From Paramicrosporidium saccamoebae KSL3 (Eukaryota > Fungi > Cryptomycota), in the NCBI GenBank assembly GCA_002794465.1, contig MTSL01000132.1, positions 1-17,264 of the forward strand: a stretch of 17,264 nt of DNA, written 5' to 3'. The translations under genes were made by a program, and so were the position numbers. This document shows positions 1 to 8,178 of the stretch, one piece after another; the stretch's first letter is position 1, and each line of letters opens with the position of its first letter. The notes beneath the pieces were generated by a model that searched no databases, had not been told where the DNA came from, and worked only from the letters and a program-made list of their open reading frames with translations.

Positions 1-218
1 GAAAAGGCAGTTTGTCGCAGAGTGCCCAAAACTTGCGAGATGGAGATCTCGGTAAAAAAGCAAGTCTCTGTAGAGGGACTACATACAGTGATGGTGACAG
101 TCCTGACGGGGAGGGGACAACAGTTTAGACAGGCACAGGAGGATTCATAAGTCTCTAATTGTGCCGCCACCGTGCCCAGCAGGCCAACTAGAAGGAGCAC
201 GAGCACCAAGATCCTCAT
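1..218 (-). CDS. N-terminal part of a secreted Cys/Thr-containing protein, paralog of the 6987..7805 protein; runs off the window's left edge
   Basis: Hand translation from ATG at 218: MRILVLVLLLVGLLGTVAAQLETYESSCACLNCCPLPVRTVTITVCSPSTETCFFTEISISQVLGTLRQTAF, open to base 1. The signal peptide and CxCxxCC motif match MRILVLLLGLLLLAAAQTETGCPCDGCCVIRPVTVIIT of the 7805 gene. Not in the supplied ORF track. Confidence 0.85.
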   Translation of the reverse strand, partial: MRILVLVLLLVGLLGTVAAQLETYESSCACLNCCPLPVRTVTITVCSPSTETCFFTEISISQVLGTLRQTAF

Positions 219-593
219 GGAGAGTGCTGGTACTGGAACTATCAAAATAACCCGAGTCTGTCGCCATGACGATTCAGTTGTTCAGTGAGATTTACAGACA
301 CAAGCCTACCTGCAGCTCTATTGGGATCCAAGAGGCTACAATGTCCCGTGGTGTTACAACAACTTAAATACAGGCTAAACGAGAGCTGCTTTTATTATGC
401 CATGTTGTGGAATAGCGATCAAGTCGCTGCGCAACGATTCTTCCTTAAATGCAAACTGGTCCCCTCCCACGTGCTGCGCAGTCTCTACCGTTTTAGTTTC
501 AAAAATTCATAAACCCTTTACTGACAGTTATTCAGCCAACCATTTCTTAACTGGAGGATATCGTCTCCATCAGACGTTGGTCGGTTATCCAAC

Positions 594-1367
594 CTATGGT
601 AAGAAAACGGCCACCGATCGCGTCAATGTAGTGAGAGGTTTAGAGAAAAACGTCAGACTGCTGAACACGCTGATAATACTTGTATCTGAAGAGGTCCTCG
701 TAAAAGGCCATATAGGGACTATTGTACTGAACGACAATCCCAATGAGGGAGTCGAAGTAACAGTGGAAATGGTAATCGTGTCAAAGGAGGTAAAGACGGT
801 CTCTCGGAAGGTGAGCGTCGCAATAAACTTGTATGTGAGATTGAAACTGGTGATGGTCAAGGTGGAGGTGGTGTAGGTAAAGGTAAGATCGGTGAGTACA
901 TCGGGGATTGAAACGGTTACAAAGGATGTCCTGCTTACCACTGAAAAGGCGGTGGAAGTACGGATAGAGGTTCCAGACGTTGTCAGAGTGCTGAATGTTG
1001 TCACAAGTCGCGTGGTGCTGGTAAACTGAGTCGTCACAAAATTGGTGATAACGCGAGTGCTCGTGACGATAATGTCCGAAAAGGTATAGCGCGTAAGGGT
1101 AAAGTTTTCAGTGAGTGTCACAATGACATTGGTGGAAAAGGTGCTGACGGTCACAGAAAGAACCTGCGAAGTCAACACTGTGAATTTGGTGATAGTGGAG
1201 GTGGTGACAGAGGTGGTAGTTCGGAGAACTGAAGTCACTGTGGTAAACTCGGTGGTCATGCAAACTGAAGTTTCCGTGACATAAAGAACCAACGGATCCT
1301 GAGTGACAGTCACGGGCGAACACCATGTCAGCCCAAAGAGGAACAAGATGCACAGGAGCAGTCTCAT
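594..1367 (-). CDS. Secreted Thr/Ser-rich protein A (257 aa), no GPI-like tail
   Basis: ATG at 1367, hydrophobic signal peptide MRLLLCILFLFGLTWCS, Thr-rich body with alternating V/I/F/L. Shares DPLVLY and VLSVTVST with paralogs at 8179 (DPLTVY, LLSVTIST) and 9434 (VTVY, VLSVTVVT). Confidence 0.85.
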   Translation of the reverse strand: MRLLLCILFLFGLTWCSPVTVTQDPLVLYVTETSVCMTTEFTTVTSVLRTTTSVTTSTITKFTVLTSQVLSVTVSTFSTNVIVTLTENFTLTRYTFSDIIVTSTRVITNFVTTQFTSTTRLVTTFSTLTTSGTSIRTSTAFSVVSRTSFVTVSIPDVLTDLTFTYTTSTLTITSFNLTYKFIATLTFRETVFTSFDTITISTVTSTPSLGLSFSTIVPIWPFTRTSSDTSIISVFSSLTFFSKPLTTLTRSVAVFLP

Positions 1368-1455
1368 TATCTCTGTTGATCTTGGTTATTTTGCTAGTCG
1401 AATATATAATCGTCCGTTGCGTTGGTAACCAAGAAGTATTTGTAAAGTTTAAGAT

Positions 1456-1649
1456 CCTTTATTGAAATGTCTGGTCCGCAGATATGACATGTTGCTTGCT
1501 GTAATTACTGCATAGTATGGTGCAGTATCGCGCAGTGGGGATAATGCCACGGACTTTGTCAGGCGTGAAGAGACGGGGAGAAAACCCATTCATTGCTAGA
1601 CTTTGAGTAAAGATCCAGGCCACACTGTCCTCAAATACCCAGCTAATCA
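1456..1649 (+). repeat. Left arm of a degenerate non-coding inverted repeat; partner at 6688..6974
   Basis: 1525..1575 matches the reverse complement of 6850..6900 at 45/51. 1624..1649 matches rc(6688..6713) at 23/26. 1456..1468 matches rc(6962..6974) at 12/13. Short acccatt and gtaaagatc blocks are also shared, in collinear order. Confidence 0.85.
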
Positions 1650-1733
1650 ACCCTCCGTATTATAACCGCATAAATACTAAGCCTAGACAATCCGCTACAA
1701 ACTTACATTGACTATTTACAATGTCATGATATG

Positions 1734-2912
1734 TTATTCATTGTGACGTTGTCGATAAATCTTGACCATTCCATCGTCAGCACAACTAAACAAGGAATCT
1801 TGATGAAACAACACTTGACGGACTTCGAGTTGGTCATGATGGCAAAGCCAGCCTACTGTAAGATCCGGCTTTCGGTTGAGATTCAGCAGAACCACCGATC
1901 CGGTCACGGTGGGTGCAGCCACTAAGGAGCCGCTGACGGCCAGACGCAGGAGCCATGAGTTGGCTTGATACTGCGGATCTGCAAAGACTCGACATTGTTG
2001 AAGTTTGAAAGTGCTCCCAACCAGTGAGAGTCTAAACAGACGGATGGAATTTTCTGCCATTGGCTGTAGAGTGTCATTATTCAGCAATTCCACTCCTCGT
2101 GCCAGCACAAACCAATCTCCCTCCGTGCGCGGATATAGTACCGGGTCCAAATACTGCGGATCCACAATAACGGCGTGGTCGCAGAAGGACGTGAACGCAG
2201 TGTCAAATGACTGTACAAGTCGCATCGACTCCATGTCAAATATGCGCAACTTGTCATCACATGCTGCGAGTAATAGGCGGTCGCCTGTTCCCGGGAGAGG
2301 CTCCACTGAAAACACCATACAGCTGATATCGTCGATCAATCTCGTGTGATTTAGAAGCACTGTCCAATCTGGACTAAATGTCCAGCAGAAAATATATCCA
2401 TCCTGGCTACAGGACAGCAAAATGTTTTGTCCGGCATAGGAAACCTTTTTCAGGAAGAGAATCTCCTCTTCGTGTCCCTCCAGTCTATGCAGCACACTTC
2501 CGTCTGGGTTGAAAACCTTGACAACACCAGGCAGCATTTGATTGTCATCTTCTTCATCGTTCCAGGCGTGCCGGTCTTTTCGTTTCCCCGCCGCGGCATA
2601 GTAATCTTCTAGCCAGACGCCGCAGTAGAATTCCTCAATGGCGGGCTCTTCCCCGTCCCGCAAAGTCCCCAACAGACTCCATTGGTTGTCCTGGTGATAC
2701 CACAATTTCACATGTCCCAGTATGGACACTGTTGCCAACACCCCATCCGGCGACATGGACATTTGCAGGACTGCTCCTTGGTCGCGGATACTCATGGGCA
2801 TCTCTGAAAGCGGATTTTTCGAGTCGACTCGGCAAATTCCATTGTAACCCAGGCAATATGCGGATGTTTGGTATGGAGAAGCGCGGGAAGGCTGGCTGCA
2901 ATGGGTGCTCAT
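1734..2912 (-). CDS. WD40-repeat beta-propeller protein (about 392 aa from ATG 2912)
   Basis: WD40-like blades: LATVSILGHVKLW, LEGHEEEILFL...LLSCSQDGYIFCW, LLAACDDKLRIFD, LFSCADDGMVKIY. The ORF-track start at 2999 is a GTG; the first ATG is at 2912 (MSTHCS). Confidence 0.8.
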   Translation of the reverse strand: MSTHCSQPSRASPYQTSAYCLGYNGICRVDSKNPLSEMPMSIRDQGAVLQMSMSPDGVLATVSILGHVKLWYHQDNQWSLLGTLRDGEEPAIEEFYCGVWLEDYYAAAGKRKDRHAWNDEEDDNQMLPGVVKVFNPDGSVLHRLEGHEEEILFLKKVSYAGQNILLSCSQDGYIFCWTFSPDWTVLLNHTRLIDDISCMVFSVEPLPGTGDRLLLAACDDKLRIFDMESMRLVQSFDTAFTSFCDHAVIVDPQYLDPVLYPRTEGDWFVLARGVELLNNDTLQPMAENSIRLFRLSLVGSTFKLQQCRVFADPQYQANSWLLRLAVSGSLVAAPTVTGSVVLLNLNRKPDLTVGWLCHHDQLEVRQVLFHQDSLFSCADDGMVKIYRQRHNE

Positions 2913-3102
2913 AATGCAAAATTGATCCTGGTTGCCGCCCTGCCTCTTATTGGATCGCAAAATGATTGCAGCGGTGCGACCGCGCAAATACCGGCACACC
3001 TAGTGATGGACAGAACAACTCTAAATTACGATTTACGCGGTTTAGTTCCAGCGCGGGTCAGGCTAGCTGGCTGAATGACTGATATCAATCGGAAACGGAA
3101 AA

Positions 3103-4770
3103 TTATTTAATGCCGCGTGTTTTTAAATATGCTATAGAACCCAATAGGGTGGCAATTGCAATGGGAAGGATAAAGGGGAAGAACAGGGGCAGGTAGACCC
3201 CAAGCTTGTGCTCGTCGGGGAAATATTGATGGGCCATCATGGTGGGATGGAAAAAGGCAGCGTCAGCGAGCTGCATGGCCTGGGTAATTGCCATCAGAGC
3301 CGCCTCAGAACGACCGCGCGAGAGATGCTGTTGGGACGCGCGAAGCAATTCCGCCGATCGACGCACCAATGAACCCACCGCAGGAAGAACAACAATTTCC
3401 GAGTTTTGGGCCAGCAGTCGCTCCAGGGATTGAAGCGTCTTGACAGTTGAGAGCATCCTGGTCTGCAGCAGCCGGGTCATCAAGAGATCCGTCTCGAACG
3501 GGGTTATTCCAGTAATCTCATTGCGTGGCGCTGCCAAACTGCCGGTAAAATCGTTGGTGGAAATATCGATGAGACTGTCCAAATTCAGTCCAAACAGACG
3601 ACGCAACTCGCCCAAAAACGAAGCAACCGCAGGTTTAAGAGAATTGATATCAACCAGTGGCATTTTGCTGTTTAAAATGTAAACACCTCCCCATTGGCGA
3701 TACCCAAAATAAAGTGATTCGGTCCCGTCAATGCCTAATGGTTGAATGGATGACGGAGGAACAAAGACGATGAAATTAATGGCCGAGGCATCGCTAATCG
3801 AAGTTGCCACATTCCACTGATTCTCATTGACAAAGATGGGCAACTGGTCTTCCTGTAGTAGAAAACCCGTGTCAGTTTTGACCGCCTCGACGTGTAGTTC
3901 TGCAAATGATTTTATCTGGAAATGCACTTTAATGTCAGCCATCCTTCGAAGTTGTCCCACCAGCGGCATAAAGTATCTTTGAACCGTCTCATTCATCTGC
4001 CAATCAACCTTGCGGCTCTCGTTCTGCTGTCCCACGACCAACGTAAACGTAATTTGATATCCCGCTGCATCTGGGACCACGCCAGCGCGATCAGAAATCC
4101 CTTGTTGGAAGAGGGTGCTAAATATGGATTCTAGGAATTGCTGTGGGGCATGGAACTCGGGATGGAGGGCGGCACCTGTGCAAATGGCAATCCGACGGCT
4201 TGGATGCATCCAAATATGGAACCCTGACTCGACCATCTTTTCGACAACAAAGAGCTTCATGATGTTATCATTTTCGTCCTTGACCAACAGGCCCGCCAGC
4301 TCCTCTACACTGTCGACGCTCTCGTCAAAGTTGACTTTTGCGAATCGTAGCAGTACCGTTTCCTCAAATGCAACATTGTGCGTCTCGTCGCCCATGGGGC
4401 TTATTCGGAGTTCATCAAGGTCCCATTGCGGGTCGTTGAGATTAACCAGCTGAACTGCCGCTGTCGAGAGACGCGGGAGACGTAGCGGAAGGGTCTCAAG
4501 AGAGGGAAAAGAGAGGGCGGCGCGTGGTACGGCTGTTGTCCACCACCAAACCTGGAACATTATCAGAGTGAGAACGAGAAAGACGAGATAGAGAATGGGT
4601 CTTGTCTCATCGTCCTGTTGGACTATTATCTTTGCATTCGGTTGGACTTTTGTCTTTGTGGCCTGTTGGACTATTGTCTCGGCATTTTGCTGAGCGTCTC
4701 TTGACTGACAAAAACCAGGCTCAGTTACGTCGTCTGGCTTGGCTGACGTATCATCCCGCCTGACCACCAT
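3103..4770 (-). CDS. PIGS: GPI transamidase subunit PIG-S / Gpi17 (555 aa)
   Basis: N-terminal TM followed by WWWTT...R..L, INFIVFVPP, QWGGVYILN, AFFHPTMMAHQYFPDEHKLGVYLPLFFP and a C-terminal TM, all PIG-S family signatures. Track start 4773 is TTG; ATG is at 4770. Confidence 0.93.
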   Translation of the reverse strand: MVVRRDDTSAKPDDVTEPGFCQSRDAQQNAETIVQQATKTKVQPNAKIIVQQDDETRPILYLVFLVLTLIMFQVWWWTTAVPRAALSFPSLETLPLRLPRLSTAAVQLVNLNDPQWDLDELRISPMGDETHNVAFEETVLLRFAKVNFDESVDSVEELAGLLVKDENDNIMKLFVVEKMVESGFHIWMHPSRRIAICTGAALHPEFHAPQQFLESIFSTLFQQGISDRAGVVPDAAGYQITFTLVVGQQNESRKVDWQMNETVQRYFMPLVGQLRRMADIKVHFQIKSFAELHVEAVKTDTGFLLQEDQLPIFVNENQWNVATSISDASAINFIVFVPPSSIQPLGIDGTESLYFGYRQWGGVYILNSKMPLVDINSLKPAVASFLGELRRLFGLNLDSLIDISTNDFTGSLAAPRNEITGITPFETDLLMTRLLQTRMLSTVKTLQSLERLLAQNSEIVVLPAVGSLVRRSAELLRASQQHLSRGRSEAALMAITQAMQLADAAFFHPTMMAHQYFPDEHKLGVYLPLFFPFILPIAIATLLGSIAYLKTRGIK

Positions 4771-4907
4771 CAAGAAACGACAAATTCATTGTCATAAATA
4801 CAACATTTTTGTGAGATAATACATCATGTCTACGGAACAGAGATTCAAATAGTCACTACTACACATTCCGCAGACTTACAAAGCCCTCATTACAAACATT
4901 ACAAATT

Positions 4908-5616
4908 TTATTCGCTTTTTTCAATGACCTTGTCAATCAGTCCAAATTCAACCGCCTCTTGAGCCGTCATGTAGTAATCGCGCTCCATGATCCGTTCAAT
5001 TTTGTCCAACGGCTGTTTGGAGTGCATCGCAATAGTCTCATTCAGTCGACGACGAGTCTTGAGAATCTCCTGGGCGTGGATTGCAATGTCGCTCGCTTGA
5101 CCCTACATGGTGAGCAGCACAGAAAAGGTACAGAGGAACCACCATGTGGCTGGTGGAGCATAAGACGCGCATTAGGGAGGGCAACACGATGTCCTGCAGC
5201 ACCGGCCGTCATCAATACCGCCCCCATTGAGGCGGCTATTCCCATACAGACCGTATACACGGGTGATTTCACATACTAAAAACTTAGCACTACAGTCCAA
5301 CTACTTGCATAGTGTCGTAGATGGCAAATCCGTCAGTAACATGACCGCCGGGCGAGTTAATGTACAAATGGATGGGTTTGGTGTTGTCCTGCGATTCCAA
5401 AAAGAGCAACTGGGCAATGACACTGCTGGCCACGGCAGGATTGATTGCCGAGTGAAGACACACAATACGGTCCTTTAGGAGACGCGAATAAATATCATAG
5501 GCACGCTCTCCAGCCCCCTACTCAGAATCACCGGGCCGTTCTGCACGTCGTACCGAACGCTCAACCACTATGGGCACATAGTTGGAATAGAGTCGCCTCC
5601 TCACTACACCCAGCAT
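4908..5616 (-). CDS. clpP: Mitochondrial ATP-dependent Clp protease proteolytic subunit (204 aa, 4 exons: 5616-5554, 5517-5305, 5275-5132, 5102-4908)
   Basis: Spliced by hand: [21 protein letters not shown]|[19 protein letters not shown]...LYINSPGG...DTMQ|[18 protein letters not shown]...HQPHGGSS|[14 protein letters not shown]...[26 protein letters not shown]. Catalytic Ser (AASMG), His (HQP) and Asp (ERD) are intact, with a short Arg-rich presequence. Confidence 0.96.
5103..5131 (-). other. Spliceosomal intron, 29 nt, phase 0 (ClpP intron 3)
   Basis: gtaccttttctgtgctgctcaccatgtag; removal restores [14 protein letters not shown]. Confidence 0.93.
5276..5304 (-). other. Spliceosomal intron, 29 nt, phase 0 (ClpP intron 2)
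   Basis: gtagttggactgtagtgctaagtttttag; removal restores YDTMQ-YVKSPV. Confidence 0.93.
5518..5553 (-). other. Spliceosomal intron, 36 nt, phase 0 (ClpP intron 1)
   Basis: gtacgacgtgcagaacggcccggtgattctgagtag; its terminal TAG is an in-frame stop; removal gives [22 protein letters not shown]. Confidence 0.9.
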
Positions 5617-5829
5617 TAATTGATTTTTAATAAACCGAGTTTGTCGGTTTCCACTGACACATCCCCCGCCACCATGACGACGATGGATGCTCTTAAAAGA
5701 AACACGGTGCTCTACAACCAGGGAATCACCCACACCCACTAGGAGAGTGCGAGGAATGTATGGCCGATGAAGTCAACCGGGCCAGGGTGGTAAGATTTAT
5801 ATCCTGGAGCCTGAGAGCCGCATTGTGGG

Positions 5830-6420
5830 ATGCTATTGAAAAGCGGAATACCAAAGAATGGAGCACTGGGCAGCTTGATATCAAAGAGTGTGGTGTTTCT
5901 GAAAAGCAAAATATTGGATAATCAGAGGCTGTCTAGTTCCCTTATGGCAAGTCGACGATTGATGAGTTCATTGGCAGGTCAGAGGTTAACGGATCAAAAA
6001 CTGGCAGGTCAGAGACTATCAAATCCAAGACTGACAGGTCAGAGACTAACGAATCTAAGACTGACAAATCCAAGACTGACAAGTCAAAGGCTATACTCGG
6101 AGGACACGGGTCGACTGTTGATAGGGTTTACCTGTAAGGTCTGCGAGACACGGTCTCACCGGACAATGAGTAAGCAGGCATATACAAAGGGAATCGTACT
6201 TGTAGAATGCCCAGGTTGTCAAAACCGGCATTTGATTGCAGATAATCTCGGCTGGTTCGAGCAACGTGGCGAGTCACGCACCATTGAAGAAATGCTTGCG
6301 GCACGAGGCGACTCTGTCCGACGAGCCTGGCGGTCCGATGAGCACGGCAAGATTCTTGAATGTCTCAATGAACCCCCAACTAAAGAACCAAACGATTCTA
6401 CTCGTCTTGAAATAGAATAA
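5830..6420 (+). CDS. ZIM17: DNL-type zinc finger mitochondrial Hsp70 escort protein (Zim17/Tim15/Hep1)
   Basis: FTCKVCETRS...SKQAYTKGIVLVECPGCQNRHLIADNLGWF: two CxxC pairs plus the DNL motif. The long basic N-terminus is presequence-like. The true start may be a downstream Met. Confidence 0.93.
   Translation: MLLKSGIPKNGALGSLISKSVVFLKSKILDNQRLSSSLMASRRLMSSLAGQRLTDQKLAGQRLSNPRLTGQRLTNLRLTNPRLTSQRLYSEDTGRLLIGFTCKVCETRSHRTMSKQAYTKGIVLVECPGCQNRHLIADNLGWFEQRGESRTIEEMLAARGDSVRRAWRSDEHGKILECLNEPPTKEPNDSTRLEIE
5971..6090 (+). repeat. Coding minisatellite, 8 x 15 bp (paired as 30 bp), encoding LxxxR pentapeptides in the Zim17 presequence
   Basis: ttggcaggtcagagg/ttaacggatcaaaaa/ctggcaggtcagaga/ctatcaaatccaaga/ctgacaggtcagaga/ctaacgaatctaaga/ctgacaaatccaaga/ctgacaagtcaaagg. 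Confidence 0.9.
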
Positions 6421-6578
6421 TAAAGATGTATTTGTACAGACTGAGAAAAAGTAGATCCAAGGACCATTCCACCTCGAGCGTACCAGATGATTCTTTTTGA
6501 ACCCATTAGCCTATTGTCGTATTTCAAACACGCCGACCTGATCCAGGTGCACCATTAAATCATCGATCCAAGTACATT

Positions 6579-6671
6579 ATTAAATCAATCCAACCCCATT
6601 CAATCAACCCTCTCACATTAAATCAACTCTTTCACATTAAACCAACACTCCCTCTCAATTAGTCAATCCCC
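6579..6671 (+). repeat. Degenerate ~19-bp C/A-rich tandem repeat (4-5 units)
   Basis: attaaatcaatccaacccc / attcaatcaaccctctcac / attaaatcaactctttcac / attaaaccaacactccctctca / attagtcaatcccc. Confidence 0.7.
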
Positions 6672-6687
6672 ATGTGACGTAGAAGAC

Positions 6688-6974
6688 TGATTAGTTGGGT
6701 ATTTGAAGATAGTTCCTTAGTTTGGAGAAGAGGTAATCAGAACAATCGATGAAGGATAATGAGATCTTTACCATTTGAGGATTATGTTATTTGTGAGACT
6801 ATAAATGGGTCGTTGGATTGACTGAGGAAATTCTCTTCTCGTCCCATCTCGTCTCTTCCCGCCTGACAAAGCCCGTGATATTATCCCCACTACGCGACAC
6901 CCATATACCAAACTAGTTCACATGGGTTAAATAGTGCATTTTCAACGTGTAAATAATATGTATTTCAATACAGG
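6688..6974 (-). repeat. Right arm of the degenerate inverted repeat; partner at 1456..1649
   Basis: Reverse complement contains gtgtcgcgtagtggggataatatcacgggctttgtcaggcgggaagagacg and actatcttcaaatacccaactaatca. It is longer than the left arm because of extra sequence between the conserved blocks. Confidence 0.85.
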
Positions 6975-6986
6975 GAACTACTCCAG

Positions 6987-7805
6987 TTATACCTCATTGA
7001 TCGGAGTAAAGGTAAAGGTGGTGGGCACCGAGACGGTTAGAGTGTTGGGACCGGTGACAAGGTTGACAGTCTCAAAGATAAATTCGGTAACGTCACGGGA
7101 GACGGTAAAGGAACGATTGGTAGGCAGGGTGGCCGTAATCCCGGAAGGAGTGATAGAAAGAGTGTTGGTAAAGGTGGAGGTGAGGGTAAACTGGTAAGTG
7201 CCCGCAATGGTAACGGGATCGAGGGTGTTGGTAAAGACAGTTTGGGTGCGAGAAGTGGTTAGGGTGGGGATGGAAGAGGTGAAAGTATAGGTAGAGGTAT
7301 AGGAAAGGGTACTCTGCCGCTCAATAGTGAAAGTGGTGGTGGTGCTGTAAAAGGTCCAAGTAGTGGTGGTGGGCAGATAGGTAGTACGGGTGATACGCGA
7401 TGTCAGAGTACGGGTGTTAGTGGTGGTGAAGGGGATGATGGTGAACCGGGTGGACAAACTGATGGAATTGGTAAAGGTCGAGGTGATGGTGAGGGTGCGG
7501 GTGGAGGTAGTACGAAAGGTAAAGATAGAAGTAGAGGTGGTGCTACGGATGACCGTGTTGATCTCGGTCAGGAAAATGTTACTCGTACGGGTAAGTATGG
7601 TGGAGGTGGTAATGGTGGTAGGCTGGAACTTTGTGACCGTGTTGATTGAGCGCGTAGTTACGGTACAGGTGCTGGTTTGTGTGCGAGTGCTGGTGATGAT
7701 CACAGTGACGGGTCTGATGACACAGCATCCATCACACGGACATCCTGTCTCTGTCTGTGCTGCCGCCAGAAGCAAAAGCCCCAAAAGCAGGACCAATATC
7801 CTCAT
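6987..7805 (-). CDS. Secreted Thr-rich protein B with N-terminal CxCxxCC motif (272 aa)
   Basis: Track start 7868 is GTG. ATG at 7805 gives signal peptide MRILVLLLGLLLLAAA, then QTETGCPCDGCC and a Thr-rich body with an internal repeat (STFTNSISL / STFTNTLSI). Confidence 0.85.
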   Translation of the reverse strand: MRILVLLLGLLLLAAAQTETGCPCDGCCVIRPVTVIITSTRTQTSTCTVTTRSINTVTKFQPTTITTSTILTRTSNIFLTEINTVIRSTTSTSIFTFRTTSTRTLTITSTFTNSISLSTRFTIIPFTTTNTRTLTSRITRTTYLPTTTTWTFYSTTTTFTIERQSTLSYTSTYTFTSSIPTLTTSRTQTVFTNTLDPVTIAGTYQFTLTSTFTNTLSITPSGITATLPTNRSFTVSRDVTEFIFETVNLVTGPNTLTVSVPTTFTFTPINEV

Positions 7806-8060
7806 TCGTGTCCGCAATACCGTGCCGTGACTGGAGCTGAGACAACAATTATACTTGGCCACAGTCACTAAGCAACCACTAAGAGAGAGGGGGAGTGGGG
7901 GAGGATTATTAATATTCTTGGGGAACTTTTAGAGGGTTTTATTGGGGCATTGCTGTGTTACTGGAAGAGTTATTGAGGAACTTTTAAAGATTTAGTGATG
8001 CTAGTGGGTTATTTGAAAGATCTAAATGGTTTGGACAATTTAGACGCTAGGGAAAATTCC

Positions 8061-8159
8061 ACACTAAACACTAAACACTACAATACTTCTTCATATATCT
8101 CTTAATGACACTACAATATTTTTTCATGACATTACAATATTGCTTCATAGCACTACGAT
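8061..8159 (+). repeat. ~21-bp minisatellite (3 units plus partial) preceded by (acactaa)2, just 3' of gene C
   Basis: acactacaatacttcttcata (8075), acactacaatattttttcatg (8108), acattacaatattgcttcata (8129), gcactacgat (8150). Confidence 0.75.
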
Positions 8160-8178
8160 GCGAACATGTCGCACAATG

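Noticed and set aside
219-593. ORF 285-512 and small hairpins in the spacer
   Set aside because: GTG start, no recognisable motif or signal peptide, and stems of only about 5 bp.
1513-1590. Functional tRNA-Asp gene
   Set aside because: There is no T-arm or GTTCRA B-box, the 5' anticodon stem does not pair, and there is no acceptor stem. Kept only as a speculative origin of the repeat.
5042-5272. ClpP as a fragmented pseudogene
   Set aside because: Three canonical short introns restore a full-length frame with an intact catalytic triad.
7806-7868. N-terminal extensions given by the ORF track (also 2913-2999, 4771-4773, 9073-9132, 15448-15498, 15451-15486)
   Set aside because: They start at GTG or TTG. 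The first ATG yields a canonical N-terminus (signal peptide or domain start) in a eukaryotic gene.
8002-8021. Possible third partial copy of the inverted-repeat block (tagtgggttatttgaaagat)
   Set aside because: It needs three indels over 20 AT-rich nt to align to 6692-6710, which is not distinguishable from chance by eye.
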